From an uncultured Methanocorpusculum sp. (lineage in GTDB: Archaea; Halobacteriota; Methanomicrobia; Methanomicrobiales; Methanocorpusculaceae), in assembly GCA_963667985.1 (NCBI GenBank), contig OY764081.1, positions 1,367,599 to 1,399,598 of the forward strand: a stretch of DNA of 32,000 nucleotides. The letters are read 5' to 3'. Below, piece by piece: positions 8,369 to 15,803 of this stretch. How positions within the stretch are numbered: the stretch's first letter is position 1; the number at the start of each line of letters is the position of its first letter. The position numbers were made by a program, and so were the translations under genes. Under the pieces are notes generated by a model. It ran no database searches, was not told where the DNA came from, and saw only the letters and a program-made list of their open reading frames with translations.

Positions 8369-9442
8369 CTACGGGAAGAATATCCCAAACAGGAATCCTG
8401 CGATCGTCGCAAAACCGACCACGAGGGCGGTATATACGAGGGTTTTCTTCGCGCCGATCAGCCGGTAGATAACCAGCAGGCTCGGCAGACTGATCGTCGG
8501 CCCGGTCAGAAGCAGGGAAAGGGCAGGGCCTTTTGCCATGGCTCCGGACAGGTATCCGAGCGTTGTTCCAATCACCGGCACTTCCAAAAGCGTCGGGATG
8601 TACAGGATCATTCCCACCACGGACGCTAAAAACGTCGAGGCAAGCGAGGTCTCGCCGAAGTACGGACTGAAGAACTCTGCCGGCAGGAAGAACGAAAGAA
8701 CACCGAGCGCGAACGTACCAATGATCAGGATCGGGAAGATCTTCTTGGTCAGATCCCAGATCTCCATTCCCCAGTCGGTGACCTCGTCTCTGGTGAAGTA
8801 GTAGATCAGCAGAAGGGCGATCCCGATCGAAAGGGCATACACGATACCCAGACGGATGAAGGCATCAAGGGCCGATGTCCCGACCAGAAGGATCGCAACG
8901 AGCATGACGAAGAAGAGCGGGACCACCCATTTGAGGCGGGTCGCCTCCTGGGCCATGACGGCTTTTCGTGCGGCGCCGAAGGTTTTCTTCGTCTCGGCGT
9001 CGTGGGCGGGAAACAGTTTCATCATGATCAGACCGATCAGGATCGATATGCCGACCGCGGCAACCGCCCGGGCGACGCCGATATCCAGACCGAGAACCTG
9101 CGCCGTATAGACGATCGCCAGAATGTTGATCGCCGGTCCTGCAACCAGGAACGTTATTGCCGGGCCAAGCCCGCTTCCTTTTTTCAGGATGCCGGCAAAC
9201 ATCGGCAGGATCGTGCAGCTGCAGACGGCAAGCACCGTGCCCGATACGGACGCGATCCCGTAGGATACCGTTTTTTTCGTTTCAGGGCTGAAATATTTCA
9301 GAATGGCATCTTTTTTCACGAAGGTTGCGATCGCGCCGGCGATGAAAAACGCCGGAACGAGGCACGTAATAACGTGCTGTGAAAGATAGCCGATCAGAGT
9401 GTCCCATCCGAGAAGGAGCGAACCGAGTATTATGTCAATCAT
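8369..9442 (-). CDS. COG0701/DUF318 permease (ArsP-like family)
   Basis: 357 aa, polytopic membrane protein. It carries the SGTVLAVCSCTILPMFAG (CSC) motif typical of the family. Confidence 0.8.
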   Translation of the reverse strand: MIDIILGSLLLGWDTLIGYLSQHVITCLVPAFFIAGAIATFVKKDAILKYFSPETKKTVSYGIASVSGTVLAVCSCTILPMFAGILKKGSGLGPAITFLVAGPAINILAIVYTAQVLGLDIGVARAVAAVGISILIGLIMMKLFPAHDAETKKTFGAARKAVMAQEATRLKWVVPLFFVMLVAILLVGTSALDAFIRLGIVYALSIGIALLLIYYFTRDEVTDWGMEIWDLTKKIFPILIIGTFALGVLSFFLPAEFFSPYFGETSLASTFLASVVGMILYIPTLLEVPVIGTTLGYLSGAMAKGPALSLLLTGPTISLPSLLVIYRLIGAKKTLVYTALVVGFATIAGFLFGIFFP

Positions 9443-9468
9443 CGTTTCTTAACCTCATGGATCATCAT

Positions 9469-9539
9469 TTCAATTTTTGTTGAATTAATTATTGACGGAC
9501 AAAAGATATATAGTTATACATTTCATAATATTTTGAAAT
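9469..9539. promoter_or_regulatory. divergent promoter with two inverted repeats (candidate ArsR operators)
   Basis: IR1 is TTCAAtttttgTTGAA at 9469-9484. IR2 is ATTTCAtaatatttTGAAAT at 9520-9539. An ATATATA box at about 9505-9512 lies about 30 nt upstream of the arsR ATG at 9542, which is consistent with a leaderless transcript. Confidence 0.4.
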
Positions 9540-9541
9540 AG

Positions 9542-9943
9542 ATGACCGATATGCCATTACCCGTTTCAAGCGAAGCTGCAGATGAAGAGTGCCGGGTCCG
9601 GTGCGAGATTCCGGACGTTATCCGGTCGGATTTAGTTCAGATCGGCGGCATTCCGGGACTGAAGACCCGTCTCCCCTCTCCGGAACGTATCGGCGAGATC
9701 AGCGCGACGCATCACGCGCTTTCCGATCCAGTCCGTGTCTCGATTCTGCATCTCCTTGCCATACAGCCGCTTTGCGTCTGCGTGATCCGGGAATGCATAG
9801 GGATTTCCGGTTCGAAACTCTCCTACCATCTGAATATTTTAAAAGAGAACGGCCTGATAACGGCCGACCAGCAGGGAAACTGGATCATCTACCGGATCAC
9901 GGCAAAGGGCGGCATCTTCGCCGAAGAACCGGTACGAATGTAG
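9542..9943 (+). CDS. arsR: ArsR/SmtB-family metalloregulator
   Basis: 133 aa. LSDPVRVSILHLL...PLCVCVI...LSYHLNILKENGLI is a winged HTH carrying the CVC As(III)-type site. It has a 45-aa N-terminal extension. Confidence 0.85.
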   Translation: MTDMPLPVSSEAADEECRVRCEIPDVIRSDLVQIGGIPGLKTRLPSPERIGEISATHHALSDPVRVSILHLLAIQPLCVCVIRECIGISGSKLSYHLNILKENGLITADQQGNWIIYRITAKGGIFAEEPVRM

Positions 9944-9944
9944 G

Positions 9945-11003
9945 TCAGTCCAGTTCCCGATTCGGGAACCGGTCTTTCGTGGCGTTTGCGATTTTAACAA
10001 GCATCAGCATCACCGGCACTTCGACCAAGACCCCGACGATCGTCACCAGAGCGACCGGACTGTTGGTTCCATACAGCGCAATGGAGACGGCGACGGCAAG
10101 TTCGAAGAAGTTCGAGGCGCCGATCATGCCTGCCGGTGCGGCTATGCTGTGGGGAAGGTTCAGCACTCTTCCCGCCCCGTAGGTGAGGAAGAAGATCAGC
10201 ACGGTCTGAATAATCAGGGGCACGGCGATCAAAACGATGTGCTGCGGATTTTCCAGAATAAGCGTCCCCTGGAACGAGAAGATGATCACAAGCGTGAGCA
10301 GCAGACCGACGATGGTTATGTGGTCGAACTTCGGGATGAACGTCCCGGTAAAATACTCCTCGCCTTTTTTCCTGATGAGATACACTCTTGTGAGGACACC
10401 ACCCACAAGGGGGATCACGACGAACAGGACGACCGAAAGAAACAGCGTGGCCCATGGAATGGTGACGCCGGAGATTCCGAGCAGGAATGCGACGATTGGA
10501 ACGAAAGCGACGAGAATGATCAGATCATTGGTTGCGACCTGAACGACCGTGTAGGCGGCGTTTCCTTTTGTTAGATAACTCCATACAAACACCATCGCCG
10601 TACATGGGGCGGCGCCTAAAAGAACTGCGCCGATCAGATAATCCTGGGCGAGCTCCGGAGGAATGAGGGCGCTGAACACGATGTAGAAGAAGAATGCTGA
10701 GATCGCAAACATCGTGAACGGTTTGATCAGCCAGTTGACGATCCAGGTAAGGACGAGTCCTTTGGGATTTTTTCCGACGTATTTTACGCTCTTGAAATCC
10801 ACTTTCAGCATCATCGGGTAGATCATGACCCAGATGAGTATCGCAATCGGGATGGAGACGTTCGCATACTCGAACGTGCCCAGAAATGCCGGGATGGACG
10901 GCAGGAACCTGCCGATCAGAACACCGACGATCATGCAGATGATCACCCAGAGGGTGAGGTATTTGCCGAACATCCCAAGGCCTGCAGAATTGTTTTTTGT
11001 CAT
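9945..11003 (-). CDS. acr3: ACR3-family arsenite efflux transporter
   Basis: 352 aa, about 10 TM helices. The N-terminal GMFGKYLTLWV...IPIAILIWVMIYPMMLKVDF is typical of ACR3. Confidence 0.9.
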   Translation of the reverse strand: MTKNNSAGLGMFGKYLTLWVIICMIVGVLIGRFLPSIPAFLGTFEYANVSIPIAILIWVMIYPMMLKVDFKSVKYVGKNPKGLVLTWIVNWLIKPFTMFAISAFFFYIVFSALIPPELAQDYLIGAVLLGAAPCTAMVFVWSYLTKGNAAYTVVQVATNDLIILVAFVPIVAFLLGISGVTIPWATLFLSVVLFVVIPLVGGVLTRVYLIRKKGEEYFTGTFIPKFDHITIVGLLLTLVIIFSFQGTLILENPQHIVLIAVPLIIQTVLIFFLTYGAGRVLNLPHSIAAPAGMIGASNFFELAVAVSIALYGTNSPVALVTIVGVLVEVPVMLMLVKIANATKDRFPNRELD

Positions 11004-11007
11004 AGCA

Positions 11008-11385
11008 TCACTCTTTCAATGATTGTACATTTGCTTTGATTTCGGCGATCGCCCGGAGATACGCCTCATCTCCTTTTCCGACCGGGTCGTCGATCTGCCA
11101 GGCGATACGCTTTGTTCCGGGAATCACGGGGCAGGCGACCCCGCATCCCATCGTGACGATGATGTTGATATCCGGCAGATCGGAGATATGTTTCGGCCGC
11201 ATTGTCGAGAGATCGATCCCGTAGATCTCCTGCATCAGACGGACGGCTGTCGGATCGACCCTGTCTCCCGGATCGCTGCCTGCCGAGTAGCAGGTGAAGA
11301 TGTCGCCTGCGAAATGCCGGCAGAGCGCCTCTGCGATCTGGGATCTGCAGGAGTTTTTGATGCAGAGAAAGGCGATCCTTTTCAT
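11008..11385 (-). CDS. arsC: arsenate reductase, LMW-PTPase / thioredoxin-coupled type
   Basis: 125 aa. IAFLCIKNSCRSQIAEA is the CX5R(S) P-loop. MGCGVACP supplies the downstream Cys pair. Confidence 0.9.
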   Translation of the reverse strand: MKRIAFLCIKNSCRSQIAEALCRHFAGDIFTCYSAGSDPGDRVDPTAVRLMQEIYGIDLSTMRPKHISDLPDINIIVTMGCGVACPVIPGTKRIAWQIDDPVGKGDEAYLRAIAEIKANVQSLKE

Positions 11386-12263
11386 ACGATCACCTGGACG
11401 GCAAGTCCCGTCAGCACGGCCGCAAGAAAGATCGTCGCAACAAAAACCATCACGAACTGTTTTTTGAATATCGCTGAAAGCATGGTGATCTCCGGAATAC
11501 TCATGCCTGCCCCGCCGATCAGAAGGGCGGGAACGGTCCCAACACCCATCCCTTTGCTTAAGAGGGCGGCGCTGATCGGGAGGATCGTCTCCGCTCTGAT
11601 GTAGAGCGGGATTCCGATGATCGCGGCGACGGGAATCGCAAACAGATTCTTGGGTCCCGCGACGGCAAGGATCCAGTCGGCCGGCAGAAATCCGTAGATG
11701 AATGCCCCGATCGCGGCTCCAAGCAGCAGGTAGGGGATCATCTGCCGAAACGTCGTCCAGGCAAACATAATGATCCGTTTCCGTTTCGATCCGGTCTCTT
11801 CGGTCATTCCTTCGACGGCGACGGGTTTGACGTATTTTTTGAACCCGAGCTGCTCAAGGACGAGACCGATAACGACGGCGGCCGTAAACATCATCACGGC
11901 ATACACGACGGTGATCTCTGGGCCAAACACGACGAGCATCATCGCAAGAATCACCGGGTTGAGAAGGGGCGACGCGAACAGAAAAGACATGGCGCTTGAA
12001 AACGCCACGCCCGACTTCAGAAATCCAAGCGTCACCGGGATCGTCGAGCAGGAACAGAACGGCGTGATCGCGCCGAACGCGGCCCCAATCACGCTTCCGC
12101 GGACCGAGCCGGAGTGCCCGAGGACTTTCTGCATCTTCTCTTTTGGGACATAGACGTTGAGCGCCCCAACGATCAGGCAGACGACGATGAAAAGTGCCGT
12201 AAGCTCCAGAGCTATGACCAGAAAATACTGTCCGGCGCTTAGGAGCGTTTCAGCAAAGCTCAT
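11382..12263 (-). CDS. COG0701/DUF318 permease (ArsP-like), second copy
   Basis: 293 aa. Contains the GAITPFCSCSTIPV (CSC) motif. It overlaps the arsC start by 4 nt. Confidence 0.8.
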   Translation of the reverse strand: MSFAETLLSAGQYFLVIALELTALFIVVCLIVGALNVYVPKEKMQKVLGHSGSVRGSVIGAAFGAITPFCSCSTIPVTLGFLKSGVAFSSAMSFLFASPLLNPVILAMMLVVFGPEITVVYAVMMFTAAVVIGLVLEQLGFKKYVKPVAVEGMTEETGSKRKRIIMFAWTTFRQMIPYLLLGAAIGAFIYGFLPADWILAVAGPKNLFAIPVAAIIGIPLYIRAETILPISAALLSKGMGVGTVPALLIGGAGMSIPEITMLSAIFKKQFVMVFVATIFLAAVLTGLAVQVIV

Positions 12264-12397
12264 TCAGATTTTCCAGAGCAGCAGGTATCTTTGCATGTAC
12301 CGTTCGATTCGTCTTTTTCGTCACAGCAGGATTTTTCCGGCACGATTTTGATATTACAGCAGCAGGAACAGTTTTCTGCGGTGATTGCTTTCTTCAT
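12260..12397 (-). CDS. unannotated 45-aa cysteine-rich peptide (9 Cys): MKKAITAENCSCCCNIKIVPEKSCCDEKDESNGTCKDTCCSGKSE
   Basis: Translated by hand from the reverse strand; it falls below the ORF-track length cutoff. Its TGA overlaps the permease ATG as ATGA. It fills the gap between arsR and the permease. The Shine-Dalgarno sequence is weak (GGAAAG). Confidence 0.4.
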   Translation of the reverse strand: MKKAITAENCSCCCNIKIVPEKSCCDEKDESNGTCKDTCCSGKSE

Positions 12398-12430
12398 CTT
12401 TCCAAATATGGAGGTCTTTTTTTTCTTCGG

Positions 12431-12784
12431 TCATGATTCATCACATTTTGTTTTAGCGTGCATTTCTCTAAGTTTGTGCAAAAGGGCTTTGTCGGTGTTC
12501 GTGGTCGAAAGGCCGGCGCAGATTTTTTCCAGAGCTCGGGAAAGTTCAGGGTTCCAAGCCGCAAACTCATCGCTGATTTTGTAGTAGGCCCACTGGGCTT
12601 GTTTTCTGCTCTGGATGATGCCGGCGTTTTTCAGGATCGTCAGGCTGCGGGAGGCGTTGGGCTGGGAGAGGGAGAGCGCCGCTTCAATCTCGCAGACGCA
12701 TAACTCGTTGCCCTGCAGAAGGGCAAGGATCCGGAGTCTGGTCGTGTCGCCGCATGCCTTGAAGATCGTTTCCGGATCACTCAT
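12431..12784 (-). CDS. arsR: ArsR/SmtB-family metalloregulator
   Basis: ACGDTTRLRILALL..NELCVCEI...S.SL..L.NAGII is a winged HTH with a CVC site. I prefer the ATG at 12784 (MSDPETIF...), which overlaps the upstream stop as ATGAGTGA. The track's longer start at 12877 would overlap the upstream gene by 100 nt. Confidence 0.8.
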   Translation of the reverse strand: MSDPETIFKACGDTTRLRILALLQGNELCVCEIEAALSLSQPNASRSLTILKNAGIIQSRKQAQWAYYKISDEFAAWNPELSRALEKICAGLSTTNTDKALLHKLREMHAKTKCDES

Positions 12785-13106
12785 CGCATTCGAATCCGGG
12801 AATGCAGCAGCAGCCGCAATGCGTTTTTCGTTCGATAAGACTGTCGGAGACGTGGAGGATCTGTCTGACCTCTTCATTGCTCGGATATCTGCCGGTGATC
12901 ATCACGAAGTTGTTGACGACGACGGCCGGCAGGATCTTTTCACCGTTCAGGGATATGAGACGGGCGACGTTTGGGTTGGTGTCATATCTCGCCCGCTCGA
13001 TCAGGATCCCTTTGGGTTTGAGCTTCTCGATAAGTTCGGTTATCCTGATGTACTCGGGGTGGGTCGTATCCGGGTCTTTTGCTTCGTAAAGACACATTGA
13101 TGACAT
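12777..13106 (-). CDS. arsD: ArsD-like thioredoxin-fold protein (divergent)
   Basis: 109 aa. KPKGILIERARYDTNP...GEKILPAVVVNNFVMITGRYPSNEEV parallels the ArsD core (GVQIERFNL..P...LPLLLLDGE.VMAGRYP). The C-terminus is HCGCCCIPGFEC. The N-terminal CC..C motif of canonical ArsD is absent. Confidence 0.6.
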   Translation of the reverse strand: MSSMCLYEAKDPDTTHPEYIRITELIEKLKPKGILIERARYDTNPNVARLISLNGEKILPAVVVNNFVMITGRYPSNEEVRQILHVSDSLIERKTHCGCCCIPGFECDE

Positions 13107-13155
13107 AGGTGATTATATTCAAATATTTGTATATAATAATTTTCAAATGTTGTGA
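13107..13155 (-). promoter_or_regulatory. promoter/operator of the arsD-arsR-peptide-permease-arsC-acr3 operon
   Basis: AT-rich. The minus strand carries TTATATAC centred about 26 nt upstream of the ATG at 13106. A perfect 10-bp palindrome CAAATATTTG lies at 13120-13129. TTCAAAT direct repeats sit at 13118 and 13142, flanking the TATA box. Confidence 0.4.
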
Positions 13156-13542
13156 TTATTCTGCGACGCCCCAGACAAGACCCATGGCTTTGAGCATGAT
13201 CTCGATCTCTTCTGCTTTTCTCAGCCATTCTTTTTCTTTGGCCGGGTCTTTATCCACGCCGTCGCCTGCGGCATACATCCCGGCAAGCCGCCGCATCGCC
13301 ACGGTGTTTCCTTCGGCCGCCACCTTTTCAAACCACTCTTTTGCAAGAGCCGGGTCTCTTTCTGCGCCGTCGCCTGAGATAAAAATCGAACCAAGCCGAA
13401 ACATTGCCTCAACGTTTCCTTCACCCGCTTCTCTTTCCAGCCGTGAGATGACCGGCTCTAAAGTTCTGCCCTGCGGGGCATCGGTGTCGGCATCTGCCGG
13501 ATGAGGCGGGTCGGCGAAGAAACGGCGTATTTTCTGCAGCAT
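13156..13542 (-). CDS. Sel1-repeat (SLR/TPR-like) protein
   Basis: 128 aa. It has three SLR-like repeats (G.VEAMFRLGSIFISGDGAERDPALAKEWFEKVAAEGN..AMRRLAGMYAAGDGVDKDPAKEKEWLRKA). Confidence 0.75.
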   Translation of the reverse strand: MLQKIRRFFADPPHPADADTDAPQGRTLEPVISRLEREAGEGNVEAMFRLGSIFISGDGAERDPALAKEWFEKVAAEGNTVAMRRLAGMYAAGDGVDKDPAKEKEWLRKAEEIEIMLKAMGLVWGVAE

Positions 13543-13588
13543 GGTTGTTGGTTTTATTTTTCTCTCTTGAAAAAAAGAATGCCCCGGT

Positions 13589-13870
13589 CTAGACCCGGGT
13601 AAACACGCCCGTTCTTCCCGGAAGATCGAGCATCGTAACTTTGACGCTCTGAACTTTTCCGTCGCTGCCGAAGGTGAAGTAGACCCCGGTGCCGCTCAAC
13701 GGCTCGTAAAAGGTGTCTCCGTCATACGGCGTAAGGGCATACTTCTCTGAGGCCGCCGTCTCCCTGTTCGATCGTAATGGTGCCGTAATAATCCTGATAT
13801 TACGATCCGCAGTAGTTTTCAAGAGCACGGGGCGATGATGCATTTTCCGGGAGCTTCCGGCAATGTCGTA
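13589..13870 (-). pseudogene. decayed C-terminal (DUF3471-like) domain of the beta-lactamase-family gene
   Basis: The domain sequence is spread over three frames: PENASSPRALENYCGS, then a TAA stop, then YQDYYGTITIEQGDGGL in one frame, followed by SEKYALTPYDGDTFYEPLSGTGVYFTFGSDGKVQSVKV in track ORF 13589..13843. Confidence 0.55.
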
Positions 13871-15138
13871 TATGGATTCAGGATTGAGGCTCCGGGCTGC
13901 ATCGCGGCATTCATCTGCTCCTCCAACTCCGTGTACCAGTCATTCCGGACGGAACCCGTGAAGTAGAGATCCTCCCATCCCCGCACGACGGCCTTTTTCA
14001 GGAGATGTCCGCCCGGGAAGCCGTTCGTTAAAACGACGATGCCCATCCCCTCTTCCGGATAGAACGTGATCAGTGTGGAGACTCCGCTAGTTAAGTCGCC
14101 GCCGTGTTCGATTTTGACCCTGCCGTCCGCAGATAACACGTCCCACCCAAGGCCGTATGCCTCGATGCTGACATAGTCGGAGAGCCGGATGTTCTGGGCT
14201 TTGTGGGTCTCGCTCAGTGCAGCGGGATCAATTATCTGCACCCCGTCGATCTTCCCGTCGTTCAACTGAAGAGTGAGGTACCGGATCATATCGTTCAGCG
14301 TAGAACTGACCCCGCCGGCAGGACTGTTCACATCATCGTTGTAAAGAACGGAGGTTTGTTCCGCAACGCCGTTTGTTACGACATAGGTGTCGGCATGGTT
14401 CCCGGCCTCGGCAAAGTCGGCAAAGACCGAGCTCGTGTTCGTCATACCTGCCGGGATGAAGATTCGTTCACCGATCAGCTCCTCCCAGGGCATTCCGGCT
14501 TTGATTGCCGCCGTCTCGGCGGCTGTGGTGATCCCGAGATTCGAGTAGGCGTAACCTGAACGGAACTCGCCCGTCAGTGCGAGATATCTAATTTTATAGA
14601 TGAGGTCAGAACGGTTGTAGCCAAACTCGAGAAGTTCGTCGCCGGCATACTCGGGAAGTCCCGTTTTGTGCGAAAGAAGATCGCGAATGGTAACGTGTTC
14701 CGTGATCCAGGGATCCGAAAACTGGAGGGCCGGATTGATCCCGGCAACACGTTCATCCCACGAAAGATCGCCGGTCCCGACCATCGACGCGATCGTTGCG
14801 GTCGTAAAGGACTTCGAGATGGAAGCGAGCTGGAACCTTGTATCGGCATTCACCGGTACCTGTGAGGTGACGTTGATCACACCGAAGCATTTCTCGTAGA
14901 CCACCGTGTCGTTTTGAATAATCGCGACCGCCATCCCCGGGACGCCGCTTTTGTTGAAGAGCTCTTCCGTGTAGAGATCGAACGCAGGAATCGTTTTGTC
15001 GAGATCTCCTGCCGCCGGCGTCTGATCATAGGACGCCGTAATACATCCCGACACCAGGATTATACAGAATAATCCGAGAATCAGTGCTGTAACCGGTTTA
15101 AAAATAATGATAATCCCCTCTGATAAATAAAGTAACAT
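13819..15138 (-). CDS. beta-lactamase-family (class C / PBP-like) serine hydrolase, lipoprotein-type signal, truncated before its C-terminal domain
   Basis: 439 aa. Contains the SISK (SxxK) active-site motif and YSN. The N-terminal hydrophobic segment ends in LVSGC, which is lipobox-like. Confidence 0.8.
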   Translation of the reverse strand: MLLYLSEGIIIIFKPVTALILGLFCIILVSGCITASYDQTPAAGDLDKTIPAFDLYTEELFNKSGVPGMAVAIIQNDTVVYEKCFGVINVTSQVPVNADTRFQLASISKSFTTATIASMVGTGDLSWDERVAGINPALQFSDPWITEHVTIRDLLSHKTGLPEYAGDELLEFGYNRSDLIYKIRYLALTGEFRSGYAYSNLGITTAAETAAIKAGMPWEELIGERIFIPAGMTNTSSVFADFAEAGNHADTYVVTNGVAEQTSVLYNDDVNSPAGGVSSTLNDMIRYLTLQLNDGKIDGVQIIDPAALSETHKAQNIRLSDYVSIEAYGLGWDVLSADGRVKIEHGGDLTSGVSTLITFYPEEGMGIVVLTNGFPGGHLLKKAVVRGWEDLYFTGSVRNDWYTELEEQMNAAMQPGASILNPYTTLPEAPGKCIIAPCS

Positions 15139-15258
15139 CCTTCTTCCTGATATATGTGCATTGCGGTTTTTTTTGCCGGATCCGATGAAAGGGAAAAAAA
15201 GAAAAAAGCGGATCGGTTCGGCGGGATGCCGAAGGGATCGGATGAATGTTCTGTATTT

Positions 15259-15660
15259 TTAGAGGCCGGCCCGCTCGACGATAACATCGGCTACCGATTT
15301 CTCGCTCGTGAACGGGAAATCTGCGGCCGTAAGAAGGGTGCCTGCTTCGCCTGCGGTCATTTTCAGATCGCCGACCTGACAGGTCGTGTCTGCACCGTCT
15401 GGAAACGCGGCGATGAGAGCGGCGGGGGTGTCGATCGGAAACGATGCTCCCGAGAGTGCCCCGCTGATCTGGGCATGGATCTGCTCTTTTACGGTAAGGG
15501 GAACAAATCCGGGCATCCCGGCGACCTCTCCCGCGGCTTTTGCGATCGGGCAGTCGGCGCTGTGGGTTTCGCATCCGAAGCATGCTCCCTTGATTGCTTT
15601 GAGGGACTCTTCGGCCTTTGTCTGCGAGACGTCTTTACCTGTGTAACTCCATGTTGGCAT
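15259..15660 (-). CDS. MTH865-like domain protein with an N-terminal CxxC-x6-C motif
   Basis: 133 aa. The C-terminal IHAQISGALSGASFPIDTPAALIAAFPDGADTTCQVGDLKMTAGEAGTLLTAADFPFTSEKSVADVIVERAGL closely resembles the methanogen MTH865 family. The N-terminus carries CFGCETHSADCP. Confidence 0.65.
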   Translation of the reverse strand: MPTWSYTGKDVSQTKAEESLKAIKGACFGCETHSADCPIAKAAGEVAGMPGFVPLTVKEQIHAQISGALSGASFPIDTPAALIAAFPDGADTTCQVGDLKMTAGEAGTLLTAADFPFTSEKSVADVIVERAGL

Positions 15661-15803
15661 CTTGTTTCACCAGATACCTGTTGTCGTGTTACATTTATAT
15701 ACAAAATGGTCATTATACTGTACAATGCAATTTGATACAGAATAATAACCCTGCGGGTTAATGAGTGTGCATTACCAATATATCTATTAGCAAAGGAGGG
15801 ATC

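Noticed and set aside
12786-12800. TTCGAATCC string resembling a tRNA T-loop
   Set aside because: No complementary T-stem, acceptor or anticodon arm can be built around it, and it lies inside the ArsD-like coding sequence.
12785-12877. Longer N-terminal extension of the second arsR (track start 12877)
   Set aside because: It would overlap the ArsD-like gene by about 100 nt. The ATG at 12784 gives a normal-length ArsR and an ATGAGTGA stop/start overlap typical of operon coupling. The longer form cannot be excluded.
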